From assembly GCA_964588105.1 (NCBI GenBank), contig CAZPOG010000001.1, positions 53 through 64,052 on the forward strand: a stretch of DNA of 64,000 nucleotides, written 5' to 3'. This DNA is from an uncultured Ruminococcus sp. (lineage in GTDB: Bacteria; Bacillota; Clostridia; Oscillospirales; Acutalibacteraceae). The notes beneath the pieces are model-generated. The model saw nothing but the letters and a program-made list of their open reading frames with translations, made no database searches and had not been told where the DNA came from. Shown here in pieces: positions 1 through 8,848 of this stretch. How positions within the stretch are numbered: position 1 is the stretch's first letter; each line of letters opens with the position of its first letter. Both the position numbers and the translations under genes were made by a program.

Positions 1-65
1 AAGTTTTTATACTTTCACCTCAAAATCTGTTAAAATAAAAATGATTATCTTTTTTGAGGTGTAAT

Positions 66-974
66 ATGCTATATTATTTTGATTCATCAAATGTGTTTCT
101 CTCAACAATGAGATCCACCAAGAACCTATCAGATAAAACAATCATAGCTTATCATTCAGATTTAATGGATTTTTGCCGGTTTATCGGTGACAGTGATATT
201 GCAGAAGATACCATTCTTGACTATGTGGAGCATCTATGTAACAAGAAGCTAAAGGACAGTACGATTAACCGCAAGCTCATTGTGCTGAAAATGTTCTTTG
301 AATATCTATTTCAAAACCGCTATATCAATCAAAACTATTACTTATCTCATAAGTTCAAGTTCAAGAAAGAACGGAAGCTGCCGAAAACATTGACAGTAAA
401 AGAAGTGACCAAACTCATTGATTATCTAACAAATCAAAAGGAGAATGCATCCACAGTATTCTCTAAGTGGAAAAGCGCTCGCAACTTAGCCTTAATAGAC
501 GTTCTGATTAGCACCGGAATTAGGGTAGCCGAGGCATCCGCAATATCTATTAATGATATTGCCATGACCGAACGAGTGATTCTGATCCATGGTAAGGGGC
601 GCAAGCAAAGACTGATATACATCTCCTGTCAGGAAACATGGGATAATCTGAAAAATTGGATAAAACTCAGAAAGTCAATGAACCTCCCTACCGATAAGCT
701 GTTTCTCAATCGATCCGGAAAACAACTCAGTATCCACGGAATAGAGTATATATTTTACTCTGCAAGAGATTTGTGCGGAATCAATTCAAACGCCACCCCA
801 CATTATTTGCGGCATACATTTGCAACTAATTTATTAGCGAATGGAGCAGATCTCCGTTCAGTACAAGAAATCCTCGGACACAGCAGCATATCCACGACAG
901 AAATCTACACAGAGGTTACAGTTGAAAGAAAAAAGCAAGTTCTGAAAAAGTATAATTATCGAAACAAAATCTAG
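66..974 (+). CDS. XerC/D-like tyrosine recombinase
   Basis: Catalytic set GIRVAE (R), GKG (K), HYLRHTFAT (HxxR), LGH, TEIYT (Y); GAGGT RBS before ATG 66. Confidence 0.93.
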   Translation: MLYYFDSSNVFLSTMRSTKNLSDKTIIAYHSDLMDFCRFIGDSDIAEDTILDYVEHLCNKKLKDSTINRKLIVLKMFFEYLFQNRYINQNYYLSHKFKFKKERKLPKTLTVKEVTKLIDYLTNQKENASTVFSKWKSARNLALIDVLISTGIRVAEASAISINDIAMTERVILIHGKGRKQRLIYISCQETWDNLKNWIKLRKSMNLPTDKLFLNRSGKQLSIHGIEYIFYSARDLCGINSNATPHYLRHTFATNLLANGADLRSVQEILGHSSISTTEIYTEVTVERKKQVLKKYNYRNKI

Positions 975-1203
975 CCAACTGATTATATCAATACAATTTA
1001 TATTATATCACATTAGTTCCCTTTTCGCCATATTATTTTATATACAATTTCAGGATTGCTTTTTGTACATTAAGCACCAAATACTATAAACAAAAAAGTG
1101 AATATGATACCTACGCCTTGAACAAGCCACATCAAACAAGTATCAGTGAATCAAATGTAAATACTCCCAATACATTTGTATAGATTCCTGATTAAATATA
1201 TGG

Positions 1204-1232
1204 TTGCATTGATTCATATTTTATGTTAATAT
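1204..1232 (+). promoter_or_regulatory. sigma70-type promoter
   Basis: TTGCAT (1204-1209), 17 nt, TGt-TAATAT (1227-1232). Confidence 0.5.
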
Positions 1233-1238
1233 TTAATA

Positions 1239-1397
1239 AGCGATATAAATTCCATATAAAACTACTCAGAGCAAGTGTTGATTTCCACTAAAAACACATG
1301 CTCATATTTCATATGCTCTGAAATCCTTGGAATTTGTATCGCTACAAACGAGCAGTGTGTTTTTTAGCACGCAGCTTTTTGTTGCGTGCTTTTTTTA
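1239..1397 (+). ncRNA. candidate structured leader/small RNA ending in an intrinsic terminator
   Basis: 16-nt stem 1239-1254/1328-1343, inner stems, terminator hairpin 1366-1390 plus T-run; family not recognised. Confidence 0.4.
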
Positions 1398-1410
1398 TTG
1401 GGAGAAGCAT

Positions 1411-1914
1411 ATGAAAAAAGAGAATACTGCATTGTTTATTGGAAACAGAGCTTGTTATGGTGTTAATCTTGAAAGCATAAAAGAAGCAATCCTATATGCT
1501 ATCGACTCCGGAATTACTACATTTTTAAGTGGTGGCCAAGGGTATTTTGATGAGGTCTGTGCAAAAACAGTGTACCAGCTAAAAGAATCCTATCCTCATA
1601 TCAAAAACATCCTAATGATCCCATATAAAAACTTTCATATTTTTGATAAAACCATCTTTGATGAAATAGTATATCCTTTTGATGCATATGAATCATCCTC
1701 TTTAACATATAGAAATGCGATTCCGGAGCGCAACAGAGTAATGGTGATGCGATCTACAATGGCAATCAGTTATGTTTATCGAAATGGTGGAGCATCAAAA
1801 ACATTTGATTTAGCACAAGCGAATGGATTAGAAATCATTGATCTCTTTTCATATACTATTAAGGAAAATATTCATATTTTTAACGAGAATACTAATTGCA
1901 AATTCCTCAAATAA
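1411..1914 (+). CDS. SLOG superfamily (YspA/DUF1273-like) protein
   Basis: FIGNR, SGGQGYFD, LMIPY, RNRVMV, GGASKT pattern; GGGAG RBS before ATG 1411. Confidence 0.75.
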   Translation: MKKENTALFIGNRACYGVNLESIKEAILYAIDSGITTFLSGGQGYFDEVCAKTVYQLKESYPHIKNILMIPYKNFHIFDKTIFDEIVYPFDAYESSSLTYRNAIPERNRVMVMRSTMAISYVYRNGGASKTFDLAQANGLEIIDLFSYTIKENIHIFNENTNCKFLK

Positions 1915-2895
1915 TTGTGCTATTCACGGTTTTTTGTGGGGTAAAATTAGAAGACAAAACGTACTCATTTAGCAGCAACTGTCAGAACTTCTTGTTAACC
2001 CACGTAATGCCCGCGCTTGCGGACGACAAGGGAATATAAAACTAGAATTTTTTCTCATCCCACATTTTTCTATATAGAACCAATAATTGACGGCTGCTTC
2101 CTATTGGAAACAGCCGCACCTGTTGTACGCAAAAAAGTTGAATATCGATAATCAGTCAAGTGACCCGATTCTCCATTAGAACGAAATAAGTAAAGTTGCT
2201 TCATCTAACTAAATGATTACGGTGGTTTTGTGTGTCTTTTTTTTTGCCTTTTCTTTTAGGTTTCCTACTTCTTTTTTTCGAAGTAAGAATGTGTAATCTT
2301 GGTTCTTAGGCTCAGGATTCATTTTATAAAAAGCAATTAGTTCATTACTGAGGATTTCAAAATAAAGAACTGTAACTCCACTATAAAATGATAGTATTTC
2401 TCCTGTTACTCCTAGACAGTAAAGAACAAATGGAATTGTAATGCGTGTAAAACTAATTGTATATCCAAGTGATCTTTTTCGGTTACAGAAATAACGGCCA
2501 AGATAATACTTGATTTGATATATCAAATCATCCACAAAGTCGAATATTTCATAAACATAAAAGAAGATTTTACATGTAATCAGATTAACTCTATAATTTG
2601 CTTGATGTAAAACCTCTGAGCATCGTTTGAGGCCAATAATCTCTCCTTCTTTTCGCGCTAATCTTTAATAGCTAAGATTATGCTACGTTATTTGGTTGCA
2701 ACTACCGACTAAAAGAGAAAAGAGCGCACAACTAAAAAACATCCTTAAGATGTACGATATAATACCATCTTTTTCATTAATTCGCAATACGCTAACATCT
2801 ATTTCTATTTTTTGACAGTATTAGGGATATAAGCACTAATAATTTTTGTAAATATTTTTGTTTTTTTGTTCTTGACTATTTACAGTTTATAGACT

Positions 2896-2924
2896 AAAAC
2901 GGGCAGAGTTGTTAACTCCGCCCG
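2896..2924 (-). terminator. intrinsic terminator of the HipA-like operon
   Basis: 11-bp stem 2900-2910/2914-2924 followed by a T-run on the minus strand. Confidence 0.65.
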
Positions 2925-3044
2925 CTCAGAATTTGATCCTTTTTTTGAGTTCTGTTGACAGTCCAGAAAGGAAATGCCAGATTGCAGTTGTACCGTAACA
3001 GAAAAAACTAGTTTTACTGATACTTGAGTTATCACAAAAGTGTT

Positions 3045-3860
3045 CTATTCCCACTCGCGTTGCATAATTTCGTCGCGTAAGAACAGTTTATTCTTTCCAT
3101 AAATTTTTATTGGATGGAGCTTATCTCTTTTAATCAGATCGTCAATGTTTTGTCGCGAACAATTCAATATATCTGCAGCCTCGGTAGAACTAACAACAGC
3201 TTGCTGAACAAAACTCGTAAAGTCATCAATACCTAAAGGTATCGTTTTTCCGGATTCATATATCTGTTCGTCGGTTATATTGATTACACTTCCCCAAGTC
3301 AGCCCATATCCTCCTGGCATAATCTTGACTTGATTAAATAGAGCTTTATCCGCATATCTGCGATTATGTTTAATAATACTTTCGAATTGCCTCTCAGCGT
3401 TATAAACTTTTGTTTTACCATCTCTGAAAAACACAATTATCTTATACGTCTCCAGCGGAACAACATATTCTATCTTTTTTTTATAACGTTTCTTAAAATC
3501 CTTCGGTAACTCAGTTTGTTTTAGCGGAACAAGATAGCAATCATCTTGTTCGCATCTTCCTTGTGATAACATCAGGAGTTCATATTCATCATAGGTTTTC
3601 AGTCCGTTATCCCTTAAGATCTGACCGATATTCTGTCTGTCTGATGGGACAATCCTTTGTTGTACCCAAATTTTACTCCAATATGAATTTACGGTGTATT
3701 GTCCTTCTTTTACAAATGAAGAAAGAATAATCGGAACATCCCAAGGATCGCTGTCTTCCGGCAGCTCAATATAAAACTTTTTTGCCTTTTCATAATAGAT
3801 AAGATAGGCTAAGTTTTTGTTTGTTTGATCATATTCGTCTCGAATTGCAAAAATCTTCGT
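3045..3860 (-). CDS. HipA-partner protein: HipS/Couple_hipA-like N-domain + DUF2442-like + HTH; apparent ACG start
   Basis: Frame is open well beyond the tracked ATG (3572). It reads (M)KIFAIRDE...RIVPSDRQNIGQIL..GLKTYDEYELL; RBS AAGGTGG precedes ACG at 3860; C-terminal HTH STEAADILNCSRQNI. Confidence 0.65.
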   Translation of the reverse strand, partial: TKIFAIRDEYDQTNKNLAYLIYYEKAKKFYIELPEDSDPWDVPIILSSFVKEGQYTVNSYWSKIWVQQRIVPSDRQNIGQILRDNGLKTYDEYELLMLSQGRCEQDDCYLVPLKQTELPKDFKKRYKKKIEYVVPLETYKIIVFFRDGKTKVYNAERQFESIIKHNRRYADKALFNQVKIMPGGYGLTWGSVINITDEQIYESGKTIPLGIDDFTSFVQQAVVSSTEAADILNCSRQNIDDLIKRDKLHPIKIYGKNKLFLRDEIMQREWE

Positions 3861-4647
3861 AATAACACCACCTTTTCCAAATCATATTCCAAATCTTGTT
3901 CTGATAGTTCGCGGGAAGTACATCGTCTAAACCATCAAGAATAATTTGCCGGGCAGATTCCTTTAATTGGTTGATCTTTGGAAGCTTTTCTACAGGGATC
4001 AGTTTAAGATTCTCGTAAGCTGACCTGGATCCGACATAACATTGAACCGGTTTATCTCCCATTACATCAAACTTTTCGAGCAGATCATCCGTCTTAGCAG
4101 AGCACACCAAAGAAAGTCCGTTATCGAATATCGGCGCCAGACGAATGGCTTTTGCTTTTGAATCCTGTAAGACTTCAATATTTGCTCCGTGCCGGTCCCT
4201 GTTCAGTATAAGAAAATCAACAATCAACATTTGATAAATATAGTCTTCCCAACCGTATCTGATACAGAACTCCAGTTTCGTTTCACCATCCACTTTATTT
4301 TTTTCGTAAAAAGTATCAAGAGCCACTTTGGATTCTCCGCGTTTTCTGAAGTTTTCAGATGCACAAAGATAGGTTGAATAAATCTTGGAATCAATTAAAA
4401 CATCTGCATATATCAGTTGATATGGAAGATGTTCTACTCCAAGAATGGTTAACAGCCTGTCTACAATAATCTCGTTAATTGATTCATGACCGATTATCCC
4501 TCTAATTGAATCATAATCCGATAACTTATAATAGGTTTTTTGATTGCCTATTTCTTCATAGGCTTTTAAAAAAGATCCCGCTGTCCCCGATGAATGGCGA
4601 ATCTTACTCCAAGTTAAATATGTTAAATCCTGCTTTTCCAAAGCCAT
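3829..4647 (-). CDS. HipA-like Ser/Thr kinase (C-terminal kinase domain)
   Basis: VDFLILNRDRHGAN catalytic loop and LAPIFDNGLSL Mg-binding motif. Confidence 0.8.
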   Translation of the reverse strand: MALEKQDLTYLTWSKIRHSSGTAGSFLKAYEEIGNQKTYYKLSDYDSIRGIIGHESINEIIVDRLLTILGVEHLPYQLIYADVLIDSKIYSTYLCASENFRKRGESKVALDTFYEKNKVDGETKLEFCIRYGWEDYIYQMLIVDFLILNRDRHGANIEVLQDSKAKAIRLAPIFDNGLSLVCSAKTDDLLEKFDVMGDKPVQCYVGSRSAYENLKLIPVEKLPKINQLKESARQIILDGLDDVLPANYQNKIWNMIWKRWCYYEDFCNSRRI

Positions 4648-4685
4648 TTTAGGAACACATTCCTTTCATATAAAACTATAAACCC

Positions 4686-4714
4686 ATTATATACAAACAC
4701 TTGCTATATGTCAA
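4686..4714 (-). promoter_or_regulatory. consensus sigma70 promoter of the HipA-like operon
   Basis: TTGACA-17-TATAAT on the minus strand. Confidence 0.85.
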
Positions 4715-4786
4715 GTATTATTAAAACGAAAGCTATAAATATGAATAGTCTTATTTTGTTATAAAAGAGTTCTCTTTAAACAGGCT

Positions 4787-7700
4787 TTATGATAGTAAAA
4801 ACTCAACACAATCAAGTAACCGCTCAAACAAGTTAAGCGTTATTGTTTTATTATCAAGCTCACCGTTGATTTTGATTAGCTCACAGAATCCATCATGACC
4901 TCCGCCGCAATCCAATAAATAATTCATCATTTCATTTTTAGATTTTGAATTTTTTAGAGCACATACCGTTGTCATCCAAAAGTATTCGCTGTTGACGCAA
5001 AAATACGTATTGCTTGGATAGTAACATTTTTTCATCTGTTCGATAATTTTGCTGATATCACCACACAGCTCCAGTGACTTATCAATTAACAGTTTATTTA
5101 TTTCAATTGTATCCAGTACGGCAACACTCTTGGTTTTGTCAATGAAATCAAACAGTTCTTCCCTATTGTCAACTGCAGTTAATACTTCAAAACTATTCAT
5201 TCTCTCTTTTTTCACAACCGAATAGGGCAAATACTCTTTTAAATCCACATTCACCTCTTCCCTATTTATCAAACATAGTTTAGCATATACATCATATAAC
5301 TCCTTTGATAAGCTTCTCTCCCATCCTTCTTTTACCATCAGATCAATCTCTTTACGTGCTTTGCGATAGAAACCATTTTTGATAGTTTTCGAATAATAAT
5401 CAGTATCTGCTACCCTCAAAAACAGCTCAATTCTTTTATAATAGTAATCCAATTCCACTCTTTGCTTCATTCTATCAATATCAGGATGAATCCTACTGAT
5501 ACAAGTTTGAACACTTTCGATTTTTCTTCCTCTTTTGATTAATTCCAGAGCAAATTGGAAATGCAGTTGATTATATACAGTATAGATATGACCGATCTGA
5601 TTATAACAGTATTCCGCAGCGTTGAAATCATACTGAAGTAGCAAATCCAATAACTCACCGTATAAATTATTTTCAATATGATATTGAGCCATTGATTTTG
5701 CAAAACTAAGAAGTCTATCAATATAGCTTTTCATTTCTGCCAATGACACCCAATGCTTCCTGAGAACAACTTTAAGCGCTTCAACTATCTGTTGATCACA
5801 AAGTGTATCATTTCTATTATTCAGCCTCATAAAGCTCTTGCTGATACCATCCAGCAAAGTTCTATATGAATATAAGCCGTCTTGATCAGATGTAATATAA
5901 GAAAGCATAAACAACTGATCACCGGTGCTCTCAAAACTACTATCACTAAACGAATGATCCATCAATCCATTGATGACTGATATACTCACTGTTTGATTAA
6001 ATTGATTCGAGCTCAGCCTTTTGAGCACATGAAAAACAACAAGTTGTTTTTCTTTATCCAATCTATCAGTCAAATAGTCTATTACGGAAGTGTGTTCAAC
6101 AGAATCTGTTGATAATACTTTCCCGATAAGAATCAGGATATAATAACTACCTTCTGTTTGTGTCTTCCACTTAAGCAAAGCATACTTAAAAAACTCTTGT
6201 TCAGTAATAACACCCTTTAATAATTTGTAATAACTAATATAAACGCTTGCATATTTTGTGAGTTCTTCATCTACATAGCTTGCATAGTTTTCACAAGTAC
6301 AGATTAGAAAAGATACGAAATCTGAAAGCTCCTTATATAACACCGAATAGCTTTTAAACTCTTTCGCACTTAAGTAGTTATTGAGATACGTAAGTTCTTT
6401 TTCAGACAATTCAATGCCAATCACCCGCTTCAGAGCGATGCATACAACGGCTTCAAATGAATCGTTATCTATCACGCCTAATAAAGCAGACATTAATGCT
6501 TTCTTCACCGGACCTTCCCCGAGAATTACAGATAAGCACTCCGGTCGGCAACAAGAAAAAGCAAATACCGACAATTGATTGATCGATAATCTTCCGATAA
6601 CTTCGGCGCATTTTTGCTGATTATATAATATCAAATTATAAAATAATGCACATGTATAATAAACCTGCGAAGAGATATTCTTTTCCCACTCTGATAATTC
6701 AATTGGCATTCCAAGAATACGGTCTATCACCTGATCTACATTTTGTAATTCAGAAATCAAATCGATATACAATTGACTATACCAGAACAAAAAACTGTCT
6801 TCGTATGAAACATCACGGAAATAATAGCGTTTTTTCGACGCCAATTTCCTAATTAATAAATACTCTTCTTTCAATTGAGGAAACCACTGCAGTTTATTAT
6901 ATTTGCATAACAATGACACCAGAAGAGTCATCATCAAATAATCTCTTCTAAGAGAATTTTTATGATAAGAATTTTCTTTCGGAAGAGTTTCGATGATTCT
7001 TTTCGGAATTTCATAGAAAAACCTATAAATAGGTAACCCCTTGTTCTCCACAGCATTGATCAGTATTTCTTTCGGTAAAGCAGCAATCGCATAGACTATC
7101 CAAGTTGACCAGCAATATAGATCATTGTCGACGCCCCATGCGCTATCTTTTCCCAAGTATACATTGAACAGTCCGCCTTGCATCGCCAAAGAAATATCCT
7201 TTTCCTTCACTGCTTTTCTATGTATGTACGGCATCAGCATACTGTCAAACAGATCATAGTTAATAATGATATTATGCTCCCGTAAATAGCCTGAATTTTG
7301 TTTCATCTGCTCTTCAATGCACAGCATTGTAAAATACTCAGCATATCTTCTGTGTCTATATGAATAAACTATCGCATTGTTAGGAGTATTGGAATCAAAA
7401 AACACATCGACTAAATAAGAAAAAATACGATTTACAGCTTGATAATCACATTTGGGAAACATATGTAATATCAATTCTTCAACCTCCTGCCGTTTAAAGC
7501 TATAGCGATCATTTTCAAATAAGAATAATGATAGAATTTTATTAATTGAAATGATCGATTCACTTATCGGCGCAGGAAGATTCAGAGTTTCAAGATTCTT
7601 TTTATGATTGATATCATTTAATAAAGCGTTGACGCTGATACCTATCAAATCGCTCAAGCCGGTACTGCTGTCTATCTCATTAATATGATTCCATAGTAAT

Positions 7701-8824
7701 ACAAGTGTTAAGACGTCCGAGATTTTTTCATATATACTGCTATCTTTCTTGACAAGCTCATTCAATTTTCTCTTTTTATCGTCATTGTGTTTATTTTTGA
7801 AGTATCCGTCAATTTGCTCCTTGTTAAGCTCGTTAATACTGTATTCCGATATAGAAGGGTACAGTACCTTCAGAGCAGTTTTATGATAGCTGTATAATCT
7901 GGAGGAGATAATCACCTTTTTTGTAGTTTCTTTCTCAACCAACTCTTCGATAAACTGTAACGACGATGTCATTTCACTTTCAGAAATCTCATCCAAACCA
8001 TCCAGCAAATAGATAAAGTTTTGATTTGTTATATCCTTAGTTGCTAAGGCAACTGCATTTCGAATATTCCCGTTGTTTAAATTGATAAACAGACATAATG
8101 CGCCCAACCGTTCAACAGCTGCCTTTTGCTTGATTTCAGTTGGTTCAAAATACCCTCCGAAAACATTCTGAATGTGTCTCATTAACACACTCTTTCCGCT
8201 GCCCGCCACGCCAGATACCAAAAACAGTTTTTCAGCAGAATCTAACACATTCTTGGTATAACTCTCGACGTCTAACTCATTTTCATGATTAGACAAATTC
8301 AGCTTGACATATTCTTTTGATCGGATCAATGTATCTATTTTGATACTCTTGCTGTCCGACAGCTTTTTTATGATATCAACTTCTCCAAAGTACAATTCCG
8401 CCAGATCAAGATTCGACGGTTGATTTAATACTATTCTAAAATGATTAGGTAAAAACCACTTTACGGCAACATTTTTACTCTTGCATATTTCTTCTATGTT
8501 TTGAGCCTGATCAGAAGATGTCTTTGCCTCTAAATTCAAGTAAATGATTATACAATCCAAATTGCTATTGCGATCTAACGCTTTTTCCACAGAAGACCTA
8601 ATGTTTTTATAACTGATTTTCTTGTCAAAGAATTTTGATTGAAAACCGTAGTATTTTCCTCTGTACTTTATTGGTTCTGTTTCCAGACCCACTTGATTAA
8701 AATCCGTTCTTATTCCGTCTTTTTGCTTGTACTTACGGCAGAACAAATGATAGCATAAAGTCTCAAACGCTGCGCTGCAGTCGGTGTGCAACAGTGCAAA
8801 TCGGTTCCAATTAATATCAAACAT
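4787..8824 (-). CDS. Avs-like STAND NTPase with N-terminal Mrr/PD-(D/E)XK-like nuclease (Avs4-like N-terminus)
   Basis: N-terminus NWNRF..AFETLCYHLFC..NQVGLETEPI..GFQSKFF; Walker A GVAGSGKS; Walker B LLDGLDE; long helical C-terminus. GAGGT RBS favours ATG 8824. Confidence 0.8.
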   Translation of the reverse strand: MFDINWNRFALLHTDCSAAFETLCYHLFCRKYKQKDGIRTDFNQVGLETEPIKYRGKYYGFQSKFFDKKISYKNIRSSVEKALDRNSNLDCIIIYLNLEAKTSSDQAQNIEEICKSKNVAVKWFLPNHFRIVLNQPSNLDLAELYFGEVDIIKKLSDSKSIKIDTLIRSKEYVKLNLSNHENELDVESYTKNVLDSAEKLFLVSGVAGSGKSVLMRHIQNVFGGYFEPTEIKQKAAVERLGALCLFINLNNGNIRNAVALATKDITNQNFIYLLDGLDEISESEMTSSLQFIEELVEKETTKKVIISSRLYSYHKTALKVLYPSISEYSINELNKEQIDGYFKNKHNDDKKRKLNELVKKDSSIYEKISDVLTLVLLWNHINEIDSSTGLSDLIGISVNALLNDINHKKNLETLNLPAPISESIISINKILSLFLFENDRYSFKRQEVEELILHMFPKCDYQAVNRIFSYLVDVFFDSNTPNNAIVYSYRHRRYAEYFTMLCIEEQMKQNSGYLREHNIIINYDLFDSMLMPYIHRKAVKEKDISLAMQGGLFNVYLGKDSAWGVDNDLYCWSTWIVYAIAALPKEILINAVENKGLPIYRFFYEIPKRIIETLPKENSYHKNSLRRDYLMMTLLVSLLCKYNKLQWFPQLKEEYLLIRKLASKKRYYFRDVSYEDSFLFWYSQLYIDLISELQNVDQVIDRILGMPIELSEWEKNISSQVYYTCALFYNLILYNQQKCAEVIGRLSINQLSVFAFSCCRPECLSVILGEGPVKKALMSALLGVIDNDSFEAVVCIALKRVIGIELSEKELTYLNNYLSAKEFKSYSVLYKELSDFVSFLICTCENYASYVDEELTKYASVYISYYKLLKGVITEQEFFKYALLKWKTQTEGSYYILILIGKVLSTDSVEHTSVIDYLTDRLDKEKQLVVFHVLKRLSSNQFNQTVSISVINGLMDHSFSDSSFESTGDQLFMLSYITSDQDGLYSYRTLLDGISKSFMRLNNRNDTLCDQQIVEALKVVLRKHWVSLAEMKSYIDRLLSFAKSMAQYHIENNLYGELLDLLLQYDFNAAEYCYNQIGHIYTVYNQLHFQFALELIKRGRKIESVQTCISRIHPDIDRMKQRVELDYYYKRIELFLRVADTDYYSKTIKNGFYRKARKEIDLMVKEGWERSLSKELYDVYAKLCLINREEVNVDLKEYLPYSVVKKERMNSFEVLTAVDNREELFDFIDKTKSVAVLDTIEINKLLIDKSLELCGDISKIIEQMKKCYYPSNTYFCVNSEYFWMTTVCALKNSKSKNEMMNYLLDCGGGHDGFCELIKINGELDNKTITLNLFERLLDCVEFLLS

Positions 8825-8848
8825 ATCATACCTCATATCATTTGATTT

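Noticed and set aside
2209-2535. 108-aa minus-strand ORF
   Set aside because: No recognisable motifs or RBS and a low-complexity tail; at most a degraded remnant.
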